A program made the position numbers and the translations under genes. The notes below the pieces were generated by a model. It ran no database searches. It was given only the letters and a program-made list of their open reading frames with translations, and was not told the DNA's origin. A stretch of DNA of 64,000 bases from Candidatus Omnitrophota bacterium (GTDB lineage: Bacteria > Omnitrophota > Gorgyraeia > JABMRN01 > RBG-13-46-9), in NCBI GenBank assembly GCA_013203315.1, contig JABMQJ010000016.1:1-64000 (forward strand), in the 5' to 3' direction. Positions 37,944 to 46,213 of the stretch are shown one piece after another (position 1 is the stretch's first letter; each line of letters opens with the position of its first letter).

Positions 37944-39206
37944 ATGAATCTTAAAAAAGAGATTATAGAAATCGCAAGGCAAGCGAAAATTGCGTCCAGG
38001 GCGCTCTGCTCCTTAAAAAGCAAAGCAAAAAACGCAGCCTTAAAGCAAATGGCAAAGAATTTAATTAAATCCAAATCTTTCATCTTGAAGGCAAATGAGA
38101 AAGATCTTAGAAAAGCTAAAAAATCCGGGCTTAAAGTGTCTTTCGTGGACCGCTTAAAACTGAATGAAAAACGAATAATTGATATGGCAGATTCAGTGGC
38201 TAGCGTTGCCAGGCTGGAAGACCCGGTTGGGATTATGGAAAGATTGACAAAAAGGCCGAACGGCCTTCTTATAGGGAAAGTGCGCGTTCCCATAGGCGTG
38301 ATTTGCGTCATTTACGAATCCAGACCTAATGTGACCGCTGACTGTATCGGGCTTTGCTTAAAATCCGGTAATAGTGTGATTTTAAGAGGCGGTAGCGAAG
38401 CCATGAATTCAAATATAGCGATATTCGACGTCTTAAACAGGGCTGCCGCAAAAATGAACCTCCCGAAAAACGCCATTAACATGGTGAAGACGCCCGACCG
38501 CAAAGCGGTTGATGCCTTGCTGGGCGCAGAGGGCTTGATTGATGTTATTATACCGAGGGGCGGAGAGTCCCTCATACGAGAGGTAACAAGAAAGTCAAGA
38601 ATCCCGGTTATCAAGCACTACAAGGGCGTGTGCCATGTGTATGTGGACGAGGACGCAGATTTGAACATGGCAGAGTCTATTGCCTTTAATGCCAAGGTCC
38701 AGCGGCCCGGCGTGTGTAACGCCATGGAAACGCTTCTTGTCCACAGGGACGTCGCGGTGCGCTTTTTACCGTCTCTGGCCAAAAAGCTTATCGATGCCGG
38801 AGTCCAGTTGCGCGGGTGCGCGCTCACTAAAAGAATTTTACGAAATAGAACAATAAAAAAAGCCAAGGAATCCGACTGGCCAAAAGAGTACTTGGAATTA
38901 ATACTTTCGGTGAAAGTAGTTAACAACCTTAAAGAGGCGATTGATCATATAAGTAAATACGGCACATCACATTCCGACGCTATTGTTACCGAAAACCATG
39001 AGCGCGCCATGGAATTCCTTGAGAAAGTGGATTCAAGCTCGGTTTATGTAAACGCTTCAACGCGTTTTACCGATGGTTACGAATTCGGTAAGGGCGCAGA
39101 GATAGGCATAAGCACAGACAAGCTTCATGCCCGCGGCCCGATGGGTTTGGAAGAACTAACTACATATAAATACGTTATATTCGGTAATGGGCAGATCCGC
39201 AAATAA
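37944..39206 (+). CDS. proA: Gamma-glutamyl phosphate reductase
   Basis: PIGVICVIYESRPNVT, LRGGSEA, CNAMETLL, NASTRFTDG, HARGPMGL. Confidence 0.96.
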   Translation: MNLKKEIIEIARQAKIASRALCSLKSKAKNAALKQMAKNLIKSKSFILKANEKDLRKAKKSGLKVSFVDRLKLNEKRIIDMADSVASVARLEDPVGIMERLTKRPNGLLIGKVRVPIGVICVIYESRPNVTADCIGLCLKSGNSVILRGGSEAMNSNIAIFDVLNRAAAKMNLPKNAINMVKTPDRKAVDALLGAEGLIDVIIPRGGESLIREVTRKSRIPVIKHYKGVCHVYVDEDADLNMAESIAFNAKVQRPGVCNAMETLLVHRDVAVRFLPSLAKKLIDAGVQLRGCALTKRILRNRTIKKAKESDWPKEYLELILSVKVVNNLKEAIDHISKYGTSHSDAIVTENHERAMEFLEKVDSSSVYVNASTRFTDGYEFGKGAEIGISTDKLHARGPMGLEELTTYKYVIFGNGQIRK

Positions 39207-39777
39207 ACAAATCGGAATATTAGGTGGCACTTTTAACCCTATTCATAACGGGCATATCTACATAGCTCTACGCGCGTTAAATGCACTTCACCTGCGGAAG
39301 ATTATATTTGTTCCTACATACACGCCTCCTCATAAAAAAATTCATGGTAACGTAAAAACAAAGGACAGGATCAAAATGCTGCGTCTGGCGCTATGCGGCA
39401 GAAAAAAATTTGCCATTTCTTTATACGAAATAAATAAAAAGGAGAGGTCGTACTCAATAAAAACCGCTAAATTTTTTAAAAAAAAGCTAGGGAAAAATAC
39501 TAAACTCTTTTTTGTGATTGGCACAGACTCTTTGGTGGGCTTAAAGAAATGGAAAGATTTTTCGAATTTAGCGAAACTTGTGCAATTTGCGGTGATTTCG
39601 AGGCCGGGATTTATGGTAAAAAATGCCCCTGCGGGCGTGCTTAAGGTAAAAGTCCCCGGCAAAAATGTATCTTCGACGGAGATAAGGCGCAGGGTAAGTA
39701 GGGGATTGGCCTTAAAAGGCCTTGTGCCGGGTGTTGTTTCTCGGTATATTAAAGCGAAGGGTTTATATGGCGCGTAA
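39187..39777 (+). CDS. nadD: Nicotinate-nucleotide adenylyltransferase
   Basis: GGTFNPIHNGH, PPHK, IGTDSL, VSSTEIR. Confidence 0.95.
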   Translation: MGRSANKQIGILGGTFNPIHNGHIYIALRALNALHLRKIIFVPTYTPPHKKIHGNVKTKDRIKMLRLALCGRKKFAISLYEINKKERSYSIKTAKFFKKKLGKNTKLFFVIGTDSLVGLKKWKDFSNLAKLVQFAVISRPGFMVKNAPAGVLKVKVPGKNVSSTEIRRRVSRGLALKGLVPGVVSRYIKAKGLYGA

Positions 39778-39807
39778 GGATTTTTGCCGTAATTTGCGCT
39801 ATTCAAC

Positions 39808-39836
39808 TTGAATTTGATGCGAATATGTGCTAAACT
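39808..39836 (+). promoter_or_regulatory. Promoter of the small CC1-like gene
   Basis: TTGAAT (39808-39813), 17 bp spacer, TG-n-TAAACT (39831-39836); RBS AAGGAGGTG at about 39853-39861. Confidence 0.7.
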
Positions 39837-39866
39837 TGTGACAACTAAAAAAAAGGAGGTGCTGTA

Positions 39867-40034
39867 ATGGCAGAAATGGAATTTTTTGATGTGAAGACAA
39901 AGAAAAAATTCAAAACAGGTGAGTTTAGGATTGAAGAGAGAAAAGGCCGGTTTTTTGCGGTAGCTAAATCCCCAACAGGAACTCATGAGTGTTGGAGAGT
40001 TGTATCCAAGGACGCAGCGGCTAAGCTGAAATAA
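39867..40034 (+). CDS. Small basic 55-aa protein resembling the archaeal chromatin protein CC1 (not in the ORF track)
   Basis: Hand translation: MAEMEFFDVKTKKKFKTGEFRIEERKGRFFAVAKSPTGTHECWRVVSKDAAAKLK. It has a perfect SD and its own promoter and fills the nadD-rsfS gap. Confidence 0.85.
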   Translation: MAEMEFFDVKTKKKFKTGEFRIEERKGRFFAVAKSPTGTHECWRVVSKDAAAKLK

Positions 40035-40077
40035 TATAGCGTAATAGCGACAAAATATTAGCTGCATCCTAATCGAA

Positions 40078-40464
40078 GTGAGAATAAACATAAAAGCTAC
40101 CGAAAAAGCAAAACGGATAAGTGCCGCCGCGCTTGATTATAAAGCCGAGGACGTTGTCATAATGGACATGCGGGCGGTTTCAAATATAACTGATTTTTTC
40201 GTTATCTCGAGCGCGTCTTCAACAAGAAGGGTTCAGGCTATAGCAGACGGCATAGAAGAAGCCCTTAAAAACGACGCCTTAAAAAAAGCGCATATCGAAG
40301 GAAAAAAAGAAGCTCTTTGGGTGCTCATCGATTACGGAGATGTCATAGTACACATATTTCATAGCAAGATGCGAGAGTTTTATAATCTGGAAAGGCTATG
40401 GCATGACGCGCCCAAGGAGCGCATTTCTCTCCAATGCACATCACACAAATCCAAAAAAATCTGA
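40078..40464 (+). CDS. rsfS: Ribosome silencing factor RsfS (Iojap)
   Basis: KAEDV, TDFFVI, WVLIDYGDVIVHIF, REFYNLERLW. Confidence 0.95.
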   Translation: MRINIKATEKAKRISAAALDYKAEDVVIMDMRAVSNITDFFVISSASSTRRVQAIADGIEEALKNDALKKAHIEGKKEALWVLIDYGDVIVHIFHSKMREFYNLERLWHDAPKERISLQCTSHKSKKI

Positions 40465-42128
40465 AACTTGCCATAATACACGCCCTGAAAAATATTGCCG
40501 AAAAGACCGAAGCAGGCATTATGCCTGCGCCTATTAAAATCGAGCTTGAAATCCCGAGAGATTATAAACACGGCGACCTGACCACTAACATTGCCATGCG
40601 TCTTGCAAAGAGTTTTTCCGTAAACAGCGTAAAGTTAGCGGGCCTCGTTAAGGATGAGCTCGAGCTCGCCTTCGGCGCTACGCGGCTCTCAGGCCTTATC
40701 GACAGGATTGAAGTGTCCCCTCCGGGCTTTATTAATTTTTGGTTTAGTAAAAATAGGCTCCATGACGTGCTTGGCGAGATCCGGGAGGAGGCCGGCAACT
40801 TCGGCAAAAACCCTCTCGGTAAAGGCGAAAAAGTTAACATAGAATTCGTAAGTGCAAATCCCACAGGCCCGCTTACCATAGCGCACGCAAGACAGGCTGC
40901 TGTAGGTGACGCGCTAGGCCGTATATTGGAATTTTCCGGATATAAAGTATGTAGGGAGTACTTTATTAATGACGTGGGCACGCAGATAGAACTTCTTGGA
41001 AAATCCATATACGCACGTTACGCATCCTTGCTTGGCCGAGATCCGGAATTCCCTGAAGACGGATATCACGGCGAATACATTAAAGATATTGCGAAAGCAT
41101 TCAAGGAAATTTACGGAAATAAATTTTTGGAAGAAAACTCCAAAAATACGCAATTTATAGCGAAGTTCGGAGTTAAATCGATGTTAAAAGAGATACGCGC
41201 TGACTTGGAAGCTTTTCGCGTATCATTCGACAGATGGTCCAGCCAGCAGAAAATTTCTGCGGAAAAAATAAAAAATGCATTAAATAAACTGGAGAAAAAA
41301 GGGTACGTTTACAAAAAAGACGGCGCTGTCTGGTTTAAATCAACCGCTTTCGGGGATGATAAAGACAGGGTAGTGGTGAAAAAAGACGGCTCGTATACTT
41401 ATCTGGCGCCCGATATTGCCTATCATCTTGACAAATTCAAGAGAAAATTTAAAAAATTGATTGATATATGGGGGCCGGACCATCACGGCTATATACCGAG
41501 GCTTGTGGCATCAATGGAGGCGTTTGGCCATAAGAAAGAAAGCATATCAATTCTTATCGTGCAGCTTGCAACGCTATTCCGCGGCGGGGTCGCATTATCC
41601 ATGTCTACGCGCAAAGGCGAATTTATAACGCTTAGAGAGGTCATAAAAGAGGTCGGTTGCGATGTCGCAAAATTCTTCTTCCTGATGCGAAAGCTCGACA
41701 GCCATCTTGACTTTGATTTGGAGGTCGCCAAGAAAAGTTCTCATGATAATCCGGTTTACTATATTCAGTACGCTCACGCGCGCATAGCCTCTATCCTGGA
41801 TTTCAGCAAGAGCCTAAAAGGCGGCCTTAAAGCCGTAAGGTATGACGCCGGTCTCCTGGATCAACCGGAGGAGCTACTCATCTTGCGAATGCTATCGCAG
41901 TTTCCGCTTGCCGTGGAGGCAAGTGCCAAGTTACTCGAACCGTACCGCATGGTAAGTTTTTTAAACGACTTCGCGAAGGCGTTCCACAGTTTCTACACAA
42001 AATACAGGGTAGTTAGAGACGACGACTTGCCTCGCACCAAGGCGAGACTGGTTCTGGTTAACGGCGTAAAAACAGTCCTCGCCAACGGCTTGGGTCTTTT
42101 GGGTATCTCGTTTCCCGATCGAATGTAA
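40434..42128 (+). CDS. argS: Arginine--tRNA ligase
   Basis: HGDLTTN, PGFINF, EFVSANPTGPLTIAH, WGPDHHGY, MSTRKG, YYIQYAHAR. Confidence 0.96.
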   Translation: MHITQIQKNLKLAIIHALKNIAEKTEAGIMPAPIKIELEIPRDYKHGDLTTNIAMRLAKSFSVNSVKLAGLVKDELELAFGATRLSGLIDRIEVSPPGFINFWFSKNRLHDVLGEIREEAGNFGKNPLGKGEKVNIEFVSANPTGPLTIAHARQAAVGDALGRILEFSGYKVCREYFINDVGTQIELLGKSIYARYASLLGRDPEFPEDGYHGEYIKDIAKAFKEIYGNKFLEENSKNTQFIAKFGVKSMLKEIRADLEAFRVSFDRWSSQQKISAEKIKNALNKLEKKGYVYKKDGAVWFKSTAFGDDKDRVVVKKDGSYTYLAPDIAYHLDKFKRKFKKLIDIWGPDHHGYIPRLVASMEAFGHKKESISILIVQLATLFRGGVALSMSTRKGEFITLREVIKEVGCDVAKFFFLMRKLDSHLDFDLEVAKKSSHDNPVYYIQYAHARIASILDFSKSLKGGLKAVRYDAGLLDQPEELLILRMLSQFPLAVEASAKLLEPYRMVSFLNDFAKAFHSFYTKYRVVRDDDLPRTKARLVLVNGVKTVLANGLGLLGISFPDRM

Positions 42129-42153
42129 CTTATTGCCTACCGAAAGCTAAACC

Positions 42154-44046
42154 ATGTTCGAAGCGCTGAAGATTTATAAGGGACAGGCTATTGACCTTGA
42201 GGAGACGTATCGCACCCTGACCGAGTTCGGGTATAAGAGGGTAGAAGCGATAACCGAAGAGGGCGACTTTAGCGCAAAGGGTGAAAACATTTTCGTATTT
42301 CCCGCCACTTTTGACTATCCCATTCGGATCGAATTGTTCCACAACGAAGTAGAAGGCATAAAAACCATCGACCCTGTATTGTACAAGGCCATATCGGACC
42401 ATGAGATGGTTATTGTTCTGCCGATTAAGGGAATGCTCCGTAAGCGGAAATACAGGCCGCGTAAAATCCGCAAAGAAATCGACCCCATCGACACGTTTGT
42501 CGATATCGAGCCGTCTGATTACGTAGTCCACGTTGATTACGGTATTGGAAAATACTTAGGCATTGAACGAATTAAGACAAAAACCGGCGCCGAAGACCAT
42601 CTGGTCCTTGAGTACAAAGACGGCGACAAGTTATATGTGCCTTTTGAGGATCTGAATAAAATCCAAAAATATATTGCCTTTGCCAAAAGGGCGCCGAAAC
42701 TTTATAAAATCGGAAGCCGCAAATGGTCGCAGGCCAAGGAGCGTGCCCGTAAAAGCGTTGCGAGGGTAGCGTTTGAAATTCTGGAAATTCAGGCCAAAAG
42801 AAATATGCTGAACGGGTTTTCGTATTCCGGGGATACCGACTGGCAAGGCCTTCTGGAAGAATCGTTCCCACATAAAGAAACGAAAGACCAGATTAGGGCT
42901 ACCGAGGAATTAAAAAAAGACATGGAGAGAAAAAAGCCCATGGATCGTCTCCTGTGCGGTGATGTGGGATACGGTAAAACCGAAGTGGCTTTGAGAGCCG
43001 CATTCAAGGCTGTTATGGACAATAAGCAGGTGGCAATTCTCGTTCCTACTACGATTTTAGCCGAGCAACACTATATAACTTTCAAAGGGCGCATGAAGGA
43101 GTTTCCCGTAAATATCGCGATGCTAAGCAGATTTAGAACAAAGGGCGAGCAAGATGTTGTTGTTGAGGACCTGCGCTGTGGCAGGGTAGATATTGTGGTC
43201 GGAACGCATAGGCTGCTTTCAAAAGACGTAAGCTTTGGCGACTTGGGGCTTGTTATAATCGATGAGGAGCAGCGCTTCGGCGTAAAACACAAAGAAGAAC
43301 TAAAGAGGCTTCGGCTTGTTGTCGATGTTCTAACACTTACCGCTACACCCATTCCGCGCACGTTATATCTTGCGCTCATGGGCGGAAGAGACATATCCGT
43401 TATCGATACGCCGCCGCTTGAAAGGCACCCCATCCAGACGCACATAACAGAGTTTGACGAGCAACTCGTAAAAAAATCCATAAAGCGTGAAATAGCAAGA
43501 AAGGGCCAAGTATATTTTATTCACAATAGGGTCCAGGGCATAGAAAAAGTATGCCAGCGTTTGAGGGGGATGCTGCCGGATATACGCATTACAATCGCAC
43601 ACGGCCAGATGAAAGAAAAAGAGCTGGAAAAAACAATGGGCGAGTTCATAAAAGGAAATATCGATGTTCTTGTCTGCACTACAATTATAGAATCCGGGAT
43701 AGATATACCGAACGCAAATACAATTCTTATTAATAACGCTGACAGATTTGGGCTTGCAGATCTATATCAATTGCGCGGTAGGGTCGGGAGGTTCACAAGG
43801 CGCGCATTTTGTTACCTCATAGTAAACCATATTCAAACCCTGACGGGCGATGTTCAAAGGCGGCTTAATACAATAACGAAATATCAAGAGCTGGGGTCCG
43901 GCTTCAAAATCGCTATGCAGGACCTGGAGATCCGGGGTGCCGGCAATCTCCTGGGCACCCAGCAGCACGGCTTCATTGACAGTGTCGGCTTCGACCTTTA
44001 CTGCCGCCTCCTCCGCGACGCCATCAGCGCGGTCAAAGCAAAGTAA
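42154..44046 (+). CDS. mfd: Transcription-repair coupling factor, short form (630 aa)
   Basis: UvrB-like segment, RID (VVHVDYGIGKY), MDRLLCGDVGYGKTE, DEEQRFG, QLRGRVGR, DLEIRGAGNLLG; no C-terminal TRCF domain. Confidence 0.9.
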   Translation: MFEALKIYKGQAIDLEETYRTLTEFGYKRVEAITEEGDFSAKGENIFVFPATFDYPIRIELFHNEVEGIKTIDPVLYKAISDHEMVIVLPIKGMLRKRKYRPRKIRKEIDPIDTFVDIEPSDYVVHVDYGIGKYLGIERIKTKTGAEDHLVLEYKDGDKLYVPFEDLNKIQKYIAFAKRAPKLYKIGSRKWSQAKERARKSVARVAFEILEIQAKRNMLNGFSYSGDTDWQGLLEESFPHKETKDQIRATEELKKDMERKKPMDRLLCGDVGYGKTEVALRAAFKAVMDNKQVAILVPTTILAEQHYITFKGRMKEFPVNIAMLSRFRTKGEQDVVVEDLRCGRVDIVVGTHRLLSKDVSFGDLGLVIIDEEQRFGVKHKEELKRLRLVVDVLTLTATPIPRTLYLALMGGRDISVIDTPPLERHPIQTHITEFDEQLVKKSIKREIARKGQVYFIHNRVQGIEKVCQRLRGMLPDIRITIAHGQMKEKELEKTMGEFIKGNIDVLVCTTIIESGIDIPNANTILINNADRFGLADLYQLRGRVGRFTRRAFCYLIVNHIQTLTGDVQRRLNTITKYQELGSGFKIAMQDLEIRGAGNLLGTQQHGFIDSVGFDLYCRLLRDAISAVKAK

Positions 44047-44047
44047 A

Positions 44048-44289
44048 TCTTTCTCTTTATAAGAAGCAAGAGACGTAATTCCTTTCCTCGCAACCAGAAG
44101 CTTGTGCGGCATGCTATATTCTAACGAATGAGAGAGTATGGGCGTGAGGCTTTTTTGTGCGGTCTTGTAGGAGACCCTTTCTTTCCGCAATAATAAATAT
44201 AAACATACACCTTACTACAATTTTTTGAAGAAGAAAGGGCTCCGTCGTTAAGTACCAAGCCGCACGCCAATACTCTCTCATTCCGTTAG
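44048..44289. repeat. Dispersed non-coding palindromic element, copy 2 (long imperfect hairpin)
   Basis: 44121-44150 pairs with 44259-44289 and 44170-44190 pairs with 44225-44243, around an AT-rich loop; homologous to 7-137. Confidence 0.85.
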
Positions 44290-44320
44290 TTTTTATCTCA
44301 ATCTTTTAAGGCATTTAGGC

Positions 44321-44349
44321 TTGCATATAAGAGAGTATTATGATATATT
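44321..44349 (+). promoter_or_regulatory. Promoter for the PPIase-surA-pdxA-rsmA operon (leaderless)
   Basis: TTGCAT (44321-44326), 17 bp spacer, TG-n-TATATT (44344-44349); ATG 7 nt downstream. Confidence 0.6.
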
Positions 44350-44356
44350 TAGTGTC

Positions 44357-45235
44357 ATGAAAAGAAACATAATTTCGCTGATATTCGCTGTCTATCTTGT
44401 AGCGCTTTTTGCGGGCGGGTGTGGTAGCCGCGGAGACAATGAGGTGTTGGCGCGTATTGACAATAAACGCACTATTACTGTCGGCGATTTCAATAATAGA
44501 ATCAAGCAGCTACCCGAGCGTTACCAGGAAGTTATAAATCAAAACAAGAAGGCTTTTTTGGATGAGCTTATCGTAGACGCTGTATTGCATAAAGAAGCCT
44601 TAAAGCAAAAAGTGTACGAAAACGAAGAAGTTAAGGAAATGATCGGTGAGGCCACGAAAAAGATTTTAATTGCGCGCTTATTAAAAGAGGAAGTCGGCGA
44701 TAAAGTTACGGTAACCGAAGAAGAGGTTGAGACTTACTACGGCGAGAACAGGGAGCAGTTTACAGCGCCTGAGTTGCTACGCGCTTCTCATATTCTTGTA
44801 AAAACCGAGAAGGAAGCCAAGGGCATTTTGGCAGAACTGGCAAACGGCAGAAATTTTGAAGACCTGGCAAAGGCGCGTTCAATAGATTCTTCGGCTAAAA
44901 ACGGTGGCGATATCGGTTCTTTCACCAGGCAGCAGCTGGTGCCGGAATTCGAAGAGGCCAGTTTTAGCTTGCAGGTCGGTGAAATATCAGGTATCGTGAA
45001 GACAAAATTCGGATACCATATCATCAAGCTTACAGAGCGAAAAGAGCCACGCGTAAAAGAACTTGCCGAGGTACACGCTGCAATCGAACAATCTTTCAAA
45101 AGGCATAAAGGCAAGCAGCGTTTTACCGAATTCGTAAAAGACCTTAAAGAGAAATCCAAAATAACCATCAATACAGACCTCCTAGAAAACATATCCCAGG
45201 AAGAAGAATCCCCTAAAGAAAAACCCGAAGAATAA
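44357..45235 (+). CDS. Parvulin-type peptidyl-prolyl isomerase lipoprotein (PrsA/PpiC-like)
   Basis: Lipobox-like FAGGC, RASHILV, GGDIG, VKTKFGYHII; ATG at 44357. Confidence 0.88.
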   Translation: MKRNIISLIFAVYLVALFAGGCGSRGDNEVLARIDNKRTITVGDFNNRIKQLPERYQEVINQNKKAFLDELIVDAVLHKEALKQKVYENEEVKEMIGEATKKILIARLLKEEVGDKVTVTEEEVETYYGENREQFTAPELLRASHILVKTEKEAKGILAELANGRNFEDLAKARSIDSSAKNGGDIGSFTRQQLVPEFEEASFSLQVGEISGIVKTKFGYHIIKLTERKEPRVKELAEVHAAIEQSFKRHKGKQRFTEFVKDLKEKSKITINTDLLENISQEEESPKEKPEE

Positions 45236-45238
45236 GAC

Positions 45239-46213
45239 ATGCCAGAAAGAGCACGGTTCGTTTTTAGTAAAGTGACGCTTGTGTTTGTAGCGGCGTTTTT
45301 ATTCTGCGCGGCTCCATCCGCGTTCACTGAAGTGGTAGACAAGATACTTGTTATCGTAAACGATGAAATTATCACGCAGGGTGAAGTGGACAGGATCCTG
45401 ATACCCATATATATTCAATACAAAAATTTGTACAGTGGACAGGAACTCACAGAAAAACTTGATGAGGTGAGGAGTAATGTCGTTTCCAGGCTCGTCCAGG
45501 ATATGCTTCTCTTGTCCGAAGCAAAAAAAAGAGAAGTAGTGGTTACAGACGAAGAAGTTGAGCAAAGGATTGAGGAAATTAAGAAAAATTTTTCGAGCGA
45601 AGAGGAGTTTGAACGGGCCCTCGCAGCAGAAGATATAGCCCTGGGGTCCCTTAAAAAGAAGCATAGAGAGCGAATCATGATAGATAAGATCATAGACGCA
45701 GAAATCAGGCATAAGATTTCGGTTTCACCAAGCGAGCTCGTGGAATTTTACGAAACTAATAAAGAAAAATTTCGTGAACCGCAAAAAGTAAAAGTGAAAT
45801 CCATCCTCATAAAGGTAAGCGAGGAACGCCCGGAAAAAAAATCGCTGAAACTGGCAAAAACGGTTTTGCGTAGACTTAAGGAAGGCGGTGATTTTGGGCT
45901 ACTGGCAAAAGAATATTCAGACGGACCGTATGCGGAATCCGGCGGCCAAATGGGATGGGTGAGAGAAGGGGAGCTAATGGACAAGTTGAACGACCTCGTT
46001 TTTAGCCTGGATGAAAACGAGACGTCAGGTATTTTAAAAACAAAATTGGGGTTTCATATATTTCTGGTTGAGGAAAAAGAGCCGTCTAGTACCATGGACT
46101 TTAACAAGGCAAAGCCCAGAGTTGAGCAGATTACGCTCAACAAAAAAATACAGGACAAGCTTGGGCAATGGATAGAGAGCCTGAAAAAGGATGCATACAT
46201 CGCGTTTAGGTAA
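45239..46213 (+). CDS. surA: SurA-like chaperone/PPIase
   Basis: Signal peptide, VVDKILVIVNDEIITQ SurA N-domain, one parvulin domain; surA-pdxA-rsmA gene order. Confidence 0.85.
   Translation: MPERARFVFSKVTLVFVAAFLFCAAPSAFTEVVDKILVIVNDEIITQGEVDRILIPIYIQYKNLYSGQELTEKLDEVRSNVVSRLVQDMLLLSEAKKREVVVTDEEVEQRIEEIKKNFSSEEEFERALAAEDIALGSLKKKHRERIMIDKIIDAEIRHKISVSPSELVEFYETNKEKFREPQKVKVKSILIKVSEERPEKKSLKLAKTVLRRLKEGGDFGLLAKEYSDGPYAESGGQMGWVREGELMDKLNDLVFSLDENETSGILKTKLGFHIFLVEEKEPSSTMDFNKAKPRVEQITLNKKIQDKLGQWIESLKKDAYIAFR

Noticed and set aside
39342-40091. 249-aa minus-strand ORF
   Set aside because: Antisense shadow of nadD and the small CC1-like gene, with no recognisable motifs.
43762-44190. 142-aa minus-strand ORF starting in the palindrome
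   Set aside because: Overlaps mfd antisense, has a TTG start without an RBS, and shows no family signature.
44115-44291. Call as a true integron attC site
   Set aside because: The R boxes deviate from RYYYAAC/GTTRRRY, the ~170 bp length is long, homology extends past the boxes, and there is no integrase or cassette ORF. Kept only as a hypothesis.
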